This document shows positions 54,675 to 64,000 of a stretch of 64,000 bases of DNA, piece after piece. The translations under genes and the position numbers were made by a program. This DNA is from an uncultured Acidobacteriota bacterium (GTDB lineage: Bacteria > Acidobacteriota > Terriglobia > Terriglobales > Acidobacteriaceae). The stretch spans positions 75,733 through 139,732 of the forward strand of contig CAWAXF010000032.1 in the NCBI GenBank assembly GCA_963785865.1, in the 5' to 3' direction. Every line of letters begins with the position of its first letter. Position 1 is the first letter of the stretch. The notes beneath the pieces are model-generated. The model made no database searches and had not been told where the DNA came from. It saw only the letters and a list, made by a program, of their open reading frames with translations.

Positions 54675-56970
54675 TCAGCGTGTCGGACTGGTTCGAACAC
54701 CAGCGGGCAACGCAAAGGCGACATACGCGCCCGGATATGGGCGCTTGCAGCGCGGGATGGCCTGCGACATCGTGCGTATAGGTGGTCGCCTGCGCAGCAG
54801 CACAAAATACGACATATTCACGTCCATCGATCTGATAGACTGCGGGCATACCCTCCAGCCCAGCTGGCAGTTCCGCTTCCCATAAGACTTTGCCGGTGGC
54901 CGAATCAAGAGCTCTAACCTTACGGTCGCGTGTGCCTGTGAAAATCAAACCCCCTGCCGTCAGAACGGGACCGACTTTGGGAAAATGCGAACCGGTGTCC
55001 TTGAAGCCTTTCGCCGCCAACTCAGGAACTTCGCCCAAAGGCACCTGCCATTCGATTGTGCCGTTGTTGAGGTCGTAAGCGGTGAGCGTGGTCCAGGGCG
55101 GAGCGATCACCGGCAATCCGCTACTGGCAAACATGAAACCGAAGCTGCTTCGATAGCGGAGCTTCTCTGGGGGAACTTTCGACGAGGTTCCACCAACTGC
55201 ATTTCCGGCGGATTCCTCAGGAGCAGATGCCGGCGCGCGCTCTGGATGCAACACATACGCCACCAGCGAATCCAAAGCCGCATCCGACAGAGTTGAGATC
55301 GCAGGCATCTGGCCACGTCCGCGTGTGACAATCGCTCGCACCTCATCTGCGCCTAGTCTCGAACCTACGTTAATGAGAGACGGCACCGCCGGAGGCTGCC
55401 CTGCCAACTCGGCCCCGTGACACAATTTGCACTTCGATTGATAAACGTTCCGGCCGCGTTCTTCGGGAGAACGGGCTTTCGACAAGCTCCCGTCCGCAGC
55501 GTCGTCTCGCGAATTCAGTTCCAATTTGAGCATCGCAGGCAGATCTTTCGACACGACAAACAACTTCCCGTGTGCCGGGTCGACGGCTGCACCTTCGAAA
55601 TTCGCACCGCCATTGTTTCCGGGCATTTCGACGGTGTTGGTTACGCTGGGCGGCGTGAAAAGGCCCTGATTCCGCGCTCCTTCGAGCATGTTAGTAATCT
55701 GATGACGCTCCTCCGGATCCAAGAACGGGCTGAGGTCTTTGCTGGTGAAGCTCTGACGTGCAAAGGGAGGCGGCTTCAGCGGAAATGGCTGCGTGGGCCA
55801 CGTCACCTCGCCCGGCATTTCTGATGGAGGGACGGCGCGCTCTTCGATGGGCCACAGCGGTTCGCCGGTTTCGCGATTGAATACCCATACGAAGCCTTCC
55901 TTTCCAACCTGCGCGACCACGTCAACGAGCTTGCCCTCGTGGCGAACGGTCAAAAGCATCGGAGCCGTTCCATTGTCGTAGTCCCAAATGTCATGGTGCA
56001 CCATTTGGAAATACCAGATTAATTTTCCAGTTCGGGCATTCAGCGCAAGCAGGCAATCGCCGAATAGATTCGCACCTGTTCGGTTAGCGCCGTAGAAGTT
56101 GTACTTTGGGCTTGCGGTAGGAACGAAAACGATACCCCGTTTGACGTCTAACGACAGCCCGCTCCATGCATTGGCTCCGCCGCCGGTCTTCCACGCATCT
56201 TTCGGCCAAGTGTCATAGCCAAGTTCGCCGGGATGCGGCACAGTGTGAAACGTCCAGACCAATCGGCCGGTGCGAACATTGAACGCGCGAATGTCGCCCG
56301 GACCAGACTCGTATTCTTCGTTTGTGGCAGATCCCAGGATCAGGAGGTCTTCGAATACCCGACCCGGTGTCGTCGATTGAACCAGGGTCAGACTCCTGGG
56401 ATCGCGTCCGAGCCCATCTCGCAAATCCACACGGCCATTCACACCGAAGGTAGTGATGGATTCACCGGTGCGGGCATCAATCTCCTGCAGAAAGTTGTCG
56501 ACCGCGAATAGCAAACGACGCTCGGAGTGGTCGGAACTCTCCCAATAATTAATGCCACGATTTGTGATCAGATGAGCTTTCGTCGCAGCAGCATGAACCC
56601 ACAGTTCGCGTCCAGTGGCGGCATCCAGCGCCACGATGGAGTTATCACGCGCCAGAACATACATCGTTCTGTCGACCACGACAGGATTAAACAGATACTT
56701 GCTGCCATCGCCCGTTGGATAAGTCCATGCAACCCGCAACTGGCTGACATTGGACCGGTTGATCTGGTCGAGCGCGGAGAACTGAGCTCCGTCCGCAGCA
56801 CCCGCGTAATCCCTCCAGGCAGCGTGCTCCGGCGTAACGCTCCCGTCAGACCCGGTGCGATTAGACGATTCCTCGCGCTTTACCCCGCTCCCTGTCTGCG
56901 ATCTCGCCGGACGAATAGCCAGACTCAGTCCTGAGACGGCCAAACAAAGTGCAATCACTTGTCGATGCAT
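54675..56970 (-). pseudogene. PQQ-dependent dehydrogenase with an embedded c-type cytochrome domain (quinohemoprotein). There is a frame break about 20 codons before the natural C-terminus.
   Basis: Signal peptide and PQQ propeller repeats (ALDAATGRELW, ALNARTGKLIW, ALDSATGKVLW). The heme motif is CKLCHG. The long ORF (54484..56970) runs 150 nt into the convergent gene. The frame offset by 1 nt instead gives the family-typical ending GAYVAFALP and stops at 54675. Confidence 0.8.
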
Positions 56971-57066
56971 TTGTAGTTACACGTGCCCATTCCGGCCTCG
57001 TGGCTTGTAGTACGGTAACAGAATCAGCCGCTGATCATTGATGCAACCTCGAGCCGCTTGTAGCTT

Positions 57067-57819
57067 TTACAACGTAATCCCAAACTGTTCCCGCAAAGTC
57101 GAACTCCACTCCTCTGCCGAGTTCAATATTCGTTCTTCCCGCTGCCCATTGCTGGTCACGATCAACTTCATCTCCGACACTGTGATGCGCCCTTCGGCAG
57201 TAGCTCGCGAACAAATCCGTTTTTGCGTGAATGACGACTCACTCGATGTCTGATGAAAGTGGCACATCGCCACGAATTCCTCTAAGCGGCGCGGCTGAAG
57301 CGAAAAAGAGTACTGCGCATTCCAACTTCCGTCCGGCTCGCTCTTCTGCATGTACCATCGGCTCCCATCTTCAATAAGCCGAAATCTGCCTGCCGGATCG
57401 GCCTGTTCTATGCCCGGTTCCAGCCGGAGTGGCTCCAGGAACGAGTCGCCGAATCCAACGTCGGCCAGCCATGCTTCTTCCAGATCGACGCGCAAAGTCA
57501 GGTGATCGAACTCCGGGCCTTCCCCGCCGCTCTCCCTCGCCACCCGCGCCGAAAGCAGCGTGACCTGGAATCCTAGAGCTCGCAGCAGAGCCGCAAACGC
57601 GCCGTTCAATTCGTAGCAGAACCCTCCCCGGCGCAGATCGATAACTTTCGTCAGAATCGCGCTTTCGTCCGCAATAATCTTGCGCCCGAGGGAAATATCC
57701 AGATTCTCGAATGGAACCGCCAGCAGGTGGGCGCGGTGAAGGGCACGAAGATTTTCAGCCGTGGGTTCCGTCGGTCCGGAGTAGGCGATGCGGTCGAGAT
57801 AGGAAGCTACGCTAAACAT
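57067..57819 (-). CDS. Arylamine N-acetyltransferase (NAT family)
   Basis: YL.RI.Y.G.......L..L...HL..VPFENLD, and the catalytic Cys context RGGFCYELNG. Confidence 0.85.
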   Translation of the reverse strand: MFSVASYLDRIAYSGPTEPTAENLRALHRAHLLAVPFENLDISLGRKIIADESAILTKVIDLRRGGFCYELNGAFAALLRALGFQVTLLSARVARESGGEGPEFDHLTLRVDLEEAWLADVGFGDSFLEPLRLEPGIEQADPAGRFRLIEDGSRWYMQKSEPDGSWNAQYSFSLQPRRLEEFVAMCHFHQTSSESSFTQKRICSRATAEGRITVSEMKLIVTSNGQREERILNSAEEWSSTLREQFGITL

Positions 57820-57960
57820 GGTTTCAGGATAAAGATTAATTGGGCCTGTGATCTCCCATCAACATCAGCCTGAGGAGTTAACCCAATTTTGCGTCCCTCC
57901 GCGATCAATCCGCGTGTTGATTTACACTCGAACGTCAGTATGGAACGGAGGTGTGGACTC

Positions 57961-59505
57961 ATGTCCGGAATTTTGATTGCCAAGGGAACCAACGATCTGG
58001 AACTCGTCCCGCAAATGGCGAACCGCCACGGGCTGATTGCGGGCGCAACGGGCACAGGGAAAACAGTGACGTTACAGACGATGGCTGAAGGATTCAGCCG
58101 CACCGGAGTTCCCGTGTTCATGGCAGACGTAAAAGGCGACCTCGCCGGCATGAGCCAACCCGGCGGCAACAATCCAAAGATTGCCGACCGCGCAAAGCAA
58201 CTCGGACTGACTTTGAACCCGCAGTCGATGCCCGTAGTCTTCTGGGACGTATTCAAGCAGCAAGGTCATCCTGCCCGCGCCACCGTCAGCGAAATGGGCC
58301 CGCTCTTGCTCTCTCGCATGTTGGGTCTGAATGACACGCAGGAAAGCGTTTTGACGCTGGTCTTCAAGATTGCGGATGACAACGGGCTTCTGTTGCTGGA
58401 TATGAAGGACCTGCGAGCCATGTTGCAGCACGTGGGCGACACTGCTGATCAGTTTCAGACGGAGTATGGGCACGTCTCGGCCGCAAGCATCGGGGCCATC
58501 CAGCGCAACCTGCTCGCCCTGGAACAGCAGGGCGGAGATGATCTGTTCGGTGAGCCGGCACTTGACCTCTCGGATCTTATGCAAACTGATGCTCAGGGGA
58601 GAGGCGTCTTGAATATTCTTGCCGCCGATAAACTGGTCGGCGCGCCCCAAGCCTATGCCACCTTCCTCCTCTGGCTGCTTTCAGAATTGTTCGAGCAACT
58701 GCCGGAGGTTGGCGATCCTCCGAAGCCCAAGCTGGTGTTCTTTTTCGATGAGGCGCATCTTCTGTTCACCGACTGCCCCAAGCCCTTGCTCGACAAGATT
58801 GAGCAGGTGGTCCGGCTGGTACGCTCCAAAGGCATCGGCGTTTACTTCGTCACACAAAACCCACTGGACGTGCCTGACGCCGTGCTCGGCCAACTGAGCA
58901 ATCGCGTGCAGCATGCGTTGCGCGCTTTCACACCTCGCGATCAGAAGGCGGTCAAAGCCGCCGCCGAAACTTTCCGTTCGAATCCCAAGCTCAACACTGC
59001 TGAGGTAATCACACAGCTTGCCGTGGGTGAAGCATTGATCTCCTTGCTCGACGAAACTGGCACACCGGGCGAAGTTCAGCGCGGCTTTGTAGTGCCTCCC
59101 GCCAGCCGGGTGGGCGCGATTACACCGGAAGAGCGTCAGCGGATCATTCAGAATTCGGTGCTCTTTGGTCATTACGAAAAATCCGTAGACCGCGAATCGG
59201 CCTACGAGCGCCTCAAGGGACGCGCAGAAAGCGCGTCTCCGAGTCGCAATGCTCAGCCCTCTCCGGCTTCGCAGCCTGCGTCTTCTCCTGCGCAGCAGTC
59301 ATCTCCGGAGCAACCACGATCGAGTTGGACGGATTCGATCGGCTCGGTTCTCGGACAGCTCGGCGGAGGCGGACGGCGCGAAGGAATGGCCGAGGCATTG
59401 GCTAAGAGCGCAGCTAGGGCTATTGGCAGTCAGGTTGGGCGACAGATTGTGAGAGGTGTGCTGGGAGGAATTTTGGGCGGGAGCACCAGCCGCAGACGCT
59501 ACTAA
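57961..59505 (+). CDS. DUF853/YjgR-type HerA-like P-loop NTPase
   Basis: ATG 57961 follows GGAGG. Walker A is [12 protein letters not shown] and Walker B-like is [12 protein letters not shown]. The tail is low-complexity S/P/Q then Gly-rich. Confidence 0.8.
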   Translation: MSGILIAKGTNDLELVPQMANRHGLIAGATGTGKTVTLQTMAEGFSRTGVPVFMADVKGDLAGMSQPGGNNPKIADRAKQLGLTLNPQSMPVVFWDVFKQQGHPARATVSEMGPLLLSRMLGLNDTQESVLTLVFKIADDNGLLLLDMKDLRAMLQHVGDTADQFQTEYGHVSAASIGAIQRNLLALEQQGGDDLFGEPALDLSDLMQTDAQGRGVLNILAADKLVGAPQAYATFLLWLLSELFEQLPEVGDPPKPKLVFFFDEAHLLFTDCPKPLLDKIEQVVRLVRSKGIGVYFVTQNPLDVPDAVLGQLSNRVQHALRAFTPRDQKAVKAAAETFRSNPKLNTAEVITQLAVGEALISLLDETGTPGEVQRGFVVPPASRVGAITPEERQRIIQNSVLFGHYEKSVDRESAYERLKGRAESASPSRNAQPSPASQPASSPAQQSSPEQPRSSWTDSIGSVLGQLGGGGRREGMAEALAKSAARAIGSQVGRQIVRGVLGGILGGSTSRRRY

Positions 59506-60626
59506 ACCGGCAACTGATCCTGCATCCAGCCCGGCGCTTCCACCTTTGGCTCTGTGGTCAGATCCATGACCAGGCGCTCCAGCACCATGCGCTTGCTGAC
59601 AGGATTGGAGCGCAGCGCGAGATCGGCTTTCGCCACCAGACGGATGCCGCGCGTAAGTTCGCGGCGGTTCTTGTAGCGTCGCGCCTGCCGGATAATATCG
59701 TCAGCCGCAAATGGCGGCACGCGGAATCCCTGCCATAACGCCGCCCACAGCATCCTCTGGTCTCGCACGTTGCGCTCCAGGATAATCAGCATCTGCCGGA
59801 AGGTCTTCGCCAGCATGTACACGTGGCCGATGGAAGCTTCTTCTCCGTCTCCCGATGAAAGAATGGCATCGAGCACCTCCAGCGCGCGCACCCGGTCTTT
59901 CGACGAGATCGCATCGGTTAACTCATAAAGCGATCTTTGTTTGGCGGCCAGAACCATGGTCTCGACATCGCCCAGCGTGACGCGCTTCTTCTCCCCCACA
60001 TACAGAATCAGTTTCTCCAGTTCATTGGAGATCATCATCATGTCGCCGCCGAGAGCATCCACAAGTTCCCGCGCGCCGTCGGCTTCAATCTTCACGCCAC
60101 GGCCGGTGCAGTAATCCGTGATCCAGCGAACCGCTTCGCCTTCTTCCACCCGCGCCAATTCCACGATGCCGCAGTACTGGCCCATGGTGTCGCGAATGCG
60201 CTGGTAACGATCCCGATCCTGCATCTCCATCTTGCGCACATCTGCCGGAATGCTGATGTGGTCGGCAACGAACACGAGTAGCGCATCGGGGTTGGGATTC
60301 TTGCAGTACTCCTCGATGGCAGCGAGCTTCTCTTCGTTCGAGCCGCGCCCATACAAATTCTTCACACCGCGCACAAAGAACACCTGAAACGGGGCCATCA
60401 GCGACGGCGTCCGGGCACGGTCGAGAATTTCAGCCAGATCCGTTTCCGCCAGATCAAATTCGAACAGACTAAAGTCCCGCAGATCCGCGGGTACAAGGTG
60501 CTCCAGGATAGCGTCGCGAAAGCGTTTGCGGAAGAAAGCCTCATCGCCAACAAACACGTATGCCGCACGCAACTTGCGCGACTGCAGATCGCTGACGAAC
60601 CGCTCGGCCTGGGCGAAAGCACGCAT
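59502..60626 (-). CDS. holA: DNA polymerase III delta subunit
   Basis: About 374 aa. The N-terminus [11 protein letters not shown], the length, and the helical C-terminal domain are typical of HolA. Confidence 0.75.
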   Translation of the reverse strand: MRAFAQAERFVSDLQSRKLRAAYVFVGDEAFFRKRFRDAILEHLVPADLRDFSLFEFDLAETDLAEILDRARTPSLMAPFQVFFVRGVKNLYGRGSNEEKLAAIEEYCKNPNPDALLVFVADHISIPADVRKMEMQDRDRYQRIRDTMGQYCGIVELARVEEGEAVRWITDYCTGRGVKIEADGARELVDALGGDMMMISNELEKLILYVGEKKRVTLGDVETMVLAAKQRSLYELTDAISSKDRVRALEVLDAILSSGDGEEASIGHVYMLAKTFRQMLIILERNVRDQRMLWAALWQGFRVPPFAADDIIRQARRYKNRRELTRGIRLVAKADLALRSNPVSKRMVLERLVMDLTTEPKVEAPGWMQDQLPV

Positions 60627-60715
60627 TAAAGTTGGATTCTCACAAGAGTGTGCATCGACTTACGTCGACTTTAGCATTGAGCGACCGCTTCGCCTAGTGA
60701 CCCATTCGTGCACTC

Positions 60716-61210
60716 CTACATCCGGCCGAGGAAGGCGACAACGTCCGGGGCATTCCAATCGACCGGGCCAACAAACTTGCGGCGCAACACACCTTGTCGA
60801 TCGATGATGTAGGTTTCGGGCCAGCCCGAAGTGCCGTACATGCCGGCAACTTTCTGGTCGGGATCGCGAACCGTCACAAAGTTGATGCCGTGCAGCTTAA
60901 GAAAACGGTGATACGCATCGCCATCGACATCAATGCTCACACCCACCACCACGATGCCGCGCCCCTTCATCCGCTCCTGAAGAGTCATCAACGAGGGCAA
61001 CTCCTCCACGCAAGGGGGACACCAGGTGGCCCAGAAATTTACAAGCACTACTTGCCCTCGGTACTGATTCAGGCTGACCGTGTGGTCCGAATCGGTTACG
61101 CTAAATTCTTTTGCCGGCGAACCCACATGCGGCGGCCTCGAATTGCTATAACAACCGGCGCTCAGCACCAGCGACAACAGGGCCGCAGGCAGACGAGAGC
61201 GCTTCATCAA
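60716..61210 (-). CDS. TlpA-family thiol:disulfide oxidoreductase lipoprotein
   Basis: Lipobox LSAGC. Thioredoxin motif NFWATWCPPCVEELP. Confidence 0.8.
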   Translation of the reverse strand: MMKRSRLPAALLSLVLSAGCYSNSRPPHVGSPAKEFSVTDSDHTVSLNQYRGQVVLVNFWATWCPPCVEELPSLMTLQERMKGRGIVVVGVSIDVDGDAYHRFLKLHGINFVTVRDPDQKVAGMYGTSGWPETYIIDRQGVLRRKFVGPVDWNAPDVVAFLGRM

Positions 61211-61725
61211 AATCCCTCCAGAATATTCGCCACCAGGGTGCGGGCGAAGTCCTGTGAAAGGCGCCGGAACGCAGGCGAGTCTTCCTCAAAAAAGCTGGCC
61301 AGATCCTGTGAGACTTCGTACTGCTCTCGAAATAAGTATGCCGGATTCTGGTACAGCACCTTGCCCGCGCGATCCGTCAGGCTCACTCTCATGCTGACTA
61401 CGACCAGAACGCTGGCTGCACGGCCGGTGGAAGTGTCATAAGTGAGCGGCGATGCCGTCGTCGAGAGCACCGTCCCGCGCAAGGTCGCGTCGGCATCATC
61501 ACCACTCTCGTGCATAATCGTATATCGTGTGCGCGTGTTGAATTCGCGCACCACGGATGCGGTCAGCATCTGATCGATGCGGTACGTCAGCGTCTCGTTC
61601 TTGAAGGGCGGAACAGCGATGGTGGTAAGGTTCTGGGGTAGTTGAACTGCGTGTCCCGCAGTGTGATATCCGCAACCGGTGGTGATCGCAACCAGCATCA
61701 GCCCCAGCCGACCGGCAACCCTCAT
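61207..61725 (-). CDS. lptE: LPS-assembly lipoprotein LptE-like
   Basis: ATG 61725 overlaps the asd-like stop by 1 nt. Lipobox ITTGCGY, then I.VPPF.N.T....+...L...+..EF and a size of about 170 aa. Confidence 0.55.
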   Translation of the reverse strand: MRVAGRLGLMLVAITTGCGYHTAGHAVQLPQNLTTIAVPPFKNETLTYRIDQMLTASVVREFNTRTRYTIMHESGDDADATLRGTVLSTTASPLTYDTSTGRAASVLVVVSMRVSLTDRAGKVLYQNPAYLFREQYEVSQDLASFFEEDSPAFRRLSQDFARTLVANILEGF

Positions 61726-62801
61726 CACTGGATCTTTCCTGTGGGGCGGGCCGCCGTCATGCTCTCCGCGCACTCCACGGCCGTGACGGCGGAAATGCGC
61801 AAGTTGTCCGCCGCCGCCCACAACCAGACCGCATTGGGCTCGGTGGGATCCATTTTCACAGAAACCTGAATGTCAGCCTGCCCCGCCGAACTCACGTTGC
61901 TGGGCGCATCTTCTTCCGCGCCCGGAATGGAAACGTGATCGCCGGCCAGCACTCGACTCAATTCCGCGGCATCTGCCGCCTGTTCCATTTCGAGGAACAC
62001 AGCCATAGCATGCCCGTGAAAAATGGGAGCCTGCAGCAGCAAAACCGAAGGTTGCGGAGCATCGTCGCCCGCAATCCTGCGATAGTGGCGGAGCACTCTC
62101 GCTTCCACTGAATCGAGCGCCGGTTCCGCCTTCTGCCCGTAGCGCGCTACCATGTTAAACGCTACCTGCGCATCGAACACGTCTTTCGGCAGCGGCTGGA
62201 ACGAGAGCAGATTAACGGTCTGCTGGTGCAACTCATCCATGCCGCGTTGGCCATGCTCGGAGGCAGGCTCAAAAATGGTAGCCGCCGCGCGGCGGATCGA
62301 CCCCGCCCGGCGCGCGCGTAACAGCAGAAGTGCCAATGTTACTGCGGCTGGATGCGCCGTCACACACGGTCCGGGCTGCAATTCGGGCGTAGCCACTTGC
62401 CCGCGCTCGCGCTCGATCCACAGCGACCGGATGGTCGCACCCGCCTGATCTTCGAGAACGCCCGAGAGATCAACAATGGTGCTTCCCGCGTCCCGGGCGT
62501 CTTTCCAACTGCGCCGCGTGCTGTCCTGATCTGAGGCGAAGAACGTGAAGTCGACGTTCTCGAATTGCTCGGCGCGCACGCGCTGGATGAAGCTGATCTC
62601 GTCGCCCATGGCTTCCAGTTGTCCCAGCGCCTCGTCATCATCCAGCAATCGAATATCGGCGGCGGGGAAGTTCCGCTCATTCAGCATTTCCGCAACCTCT
62701 TTGCCCTTCAGCGACCCTGCTCCAACAATGGCGGCGCGATACAACTTGGGGCGGGTAGCCGAAGGCTGCGAGGTGGTCGTAGGCCGTGTGCTTTCGCTCA
62801 T
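61725..62801 (-). CDS. Asd/ArgC-family semialdehyde dehydrogenase-like protein (USG-1/Asd-like)
   Basis: Rossmann AIVGAGSLKGKEV, a Cys in PGPCVTAHP at the active-site position, and FHGH in the dimerisation domain. It is more divergent than canonical Asd (NPNCST). Confidence 0.65.
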   Translation of the reverse strand: MSESTRPTTTSQPSATRPKLYRAAIVGAGSLKGKEVAEMLNERNFPAADIRLLDDDEALGQLEAMGDEISFIQRVRAEQFENVDFTFFASDQDSTRRSWKDARDAGSTIVDLSGVLEDQAGATIRSLWIERERGQVATPELQPGPCVTAHPAAVTLALLLLRARRAGSIRRAAATIFEPASEHGQRGMDELHQQTVNLLSFQPLPKDVFDAQVAFNMVARYGQKAEPALDSVEARVLRHYRRIAGDDAPQPSVLLLQAPIFHGHAMAVFLEMEQAADAAELSRVLAGDHVSIPGAEEDAPSNVSSAGQADIQVSVKMDPTEPNAVWLWAAADNLRISAVTAVECAESMTAARPTGKIQ

Positions 62802-63658
62802 GATGCCTGTGAAGCCTTCTTATACGAGGGTGGAGGCGGACCAGAGCGGCGGCGAAAAATCCATTGCAGACGCCAGAACACGCCGGAAACCATGTACAGC
62901 AGCGCAATGCCAAACAAGACTCTGCGCGAGAAGAAAAAGATGAGTCCAAACAATGCCGCTAACAACACGATCAGACGGAACGGGTGGCGCGAGCGAAAAT
63001 CAATGTCCTTGAAGCTGTAAAAGCGCCACGTGCTCACCATCAGATATCCCACGGTGGTCACCAACGCTGACCACGCCAGCGCGGTGTAGGCGGAAGCCAG
63101 CGGCTCGCCGCCGGGAAAGTGTACGACCGCTGCGATCACACCTGCCCCTGCCGGAATCGGCATGCCGACGAAATACTTTTTGCCCGGACGCCCCGGGTTG
63201 GAGGGCTGTGGATTGCTCGTGATATTGAAACGTGCCAGGCGGCTCGCTCCCGCGATCAGGAAGAGGAAGCTCGCGATGGCGCCCAGCTGCGTTAACTTGA
63301 GGTGCCAATTCCATTGGCCGAGAAGAACGGTGGGCATGAAGTGAAAACCCCAGGCCCATGCGAGCATGGCAGGAGCGACTCCAAACGTGATTACATCTGC
63401 CAGCGAATCCAGTTCCTTGCCGAAATCGCTGCTCGTGCCGGTCATGCGTGCGATGCGTCCATCTAATCCATCAAACAGCACAGCGAAACCAATCGCTTTG
63501 GCGGCATTGTCGAAGTGCCAAAAATCGATGGCGTTTGCGTGCATCACCTCCAGGATTGCGTAAAAGCCAAAGGCCACGTTGGCCGTAGTAAATAGCGAAG
63601 GCAGGATGTACATCCCCTTCGTGATCCTGCGTCGCGGTCTGGGAGTGATCTCTGCCAT
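62798..63658 (-). CDS. pssA: CDP-diacylglycerol--serine O-phosphatidyltransferase
   Basis: CDP-alcohol phosphatidyltransferase motif DGLDGRIARMTGTSSDFGKELDSLADVITFG. Multi-TM. Confidence 0.85.
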   Translation of the reverse strand: MAEITPRPRRRITKGMYILPSLFTTANVAFGFYAILEVMHANAIDFWHFDNAAKAIGFAVLFDGLDGRIARMTGTSSDFGKELDSLADVITFGVAPAMLAWAWGFHFMPTVLLGQWNWHLKLTQLGAIASFLFLIAGASRLARFNITSNPQPSNPGRPGKKYFVGMPIPAGAGVIAAVVHFPGGEPLASAYTALAWSALVTTVGYLMVSTWRFYSFKDIDFRSRHPFRLIVLLAALFGLIFFFSRRVLFGIALLYMVSGVFWRLQWIFRRRSGPPPPSYKKASQAS

Positions 63659-64000
63659 CAGTGCGCTTTCCGGACTGAGGTAACAGTGCCCGCCACTGCG
63701 GTCTCGCGCGGCTGTAAATAGGCGAGAATGCTCGATCCGCCCTTCACGTGATCGCCGGGTTTCACGTTCGCGCGCGCGGACGCGTCCAGCACCACATCTA
63801 CGCGGGATCCGAACTTGATCAAACCCACCCGCTGTCCGCGTTCGAGGCGATCTCCTGTCTTCGGGTAGAAGACGATTCGCCGCGCCAGCAATCCCGCGAT
63901 CTGCTTGAACATCACGCGCTGCCCGTCGTCGCCCTCGACCGTGGCGATATTCTGCTCATTCTGATCGGCGGAGAGATCGCTCATTGCATTCACAAACTTG
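63658..64000 (-). CDS. psd: Phosphatidylserine decarboxylase proenzyme (C-terminal part; N-terminus beyond the right edge)
   Basis: The minus-strand frame is open to the window edge. It carries the self-cleavage-type motif IKFGSRVD (the LGS[TR] site). The stop overlaps the pssA start (ATGA-type junction). Confidence 0.75.
   Translation of the reverse strand, partial: KFVNAMSDLSADQNEQNIATVEGDDGQRVMFKQIAGLLARRIVFYPKTGDRLERGQRVGLIKFGSRVDVVLDASARANVKPGDHVKGGSSILAYLQPRETAVAGTVTSVRKAH

Noticed and set aside
1-64000. Looked for CRISPR arrays, transposases, integrases, phage genes, toxin-antitoxin pairs and known defence-system genes.
   Set aside because: None was recognised. There are no regularly spaced direct repeats. 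All larger ORFs are housekeeping, envelope, metabolic or signalling families.

Overview
This 64-kb window looks like core chromosome, with no mobile or accessory features. It is moderately GC-rich by eye. The gene content suggests an Acidobacteriota-like soil bacterium: sortilin/BNR propeller, DUF3857-transglutaminase pairs, PQQ quinohemoprotein, many Tat/Sec-exported enzymes. That taxonomic call is inference only. I can support about 57 protein-coding genes, one clear fluoride (crcB-motif) riboswitch, one strong Fur-box-like palindrome, one classical terminator and several weaker hairpins. I found no rRNA, tRNA, CRISPR array, transposase, integrase or phage genes. Recognisable housekeeping genes are xseB, ispA, crcB, hpt, lysA, nadK, tlyA, yebC-family, purQ, holA, lptE, pssA, psd (partial), a fused homocysteine-methyltransferase/MTHFR, and an asd-like gene. 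Points worth a second look: (1) Six conserved genes are each broken by a frame offset of the same sign, the pattern of one extra nucleotide. This is most likely insertion-biased sequence error, but it is systematic. (2) A fluoride riboswitch has a visible RBS-sequestering element and drives a tight crcB-GNAT-DUF190-PIG-L deacetylase operon. (3) A 21-bp Fur-box palindrome lies between a Fur-family gene and a penicillin/AHL-acylase-family gene. (4) Four small zinc-ribbon/membrane proteins (2x DUF4870, CD225, DUF2752) cluster together. (5) Two uncharacterised 2OG/Fe(II)-oxygenase-like genes are coupled behind an orphan purQ. (6) A DUF3857-transglutaminase pair has the catalytic triad intact in one copy and lost in the other. 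(7) A TPM / NTase-fold / LemA cluster carries an NTase whose catalytic Asp residues are both Asn. (8) A degenerate receiver domain sits between xseB and ispA. (9) A cluster of four exported enzymes (Gfo/Idh/MocA, RraA-like, enolase superfamily, PQQ-cytochrome c) looks like periplasmic sugar or sugar-acid oxidation. All family calls come from motif recognition by eye and no database search was run.
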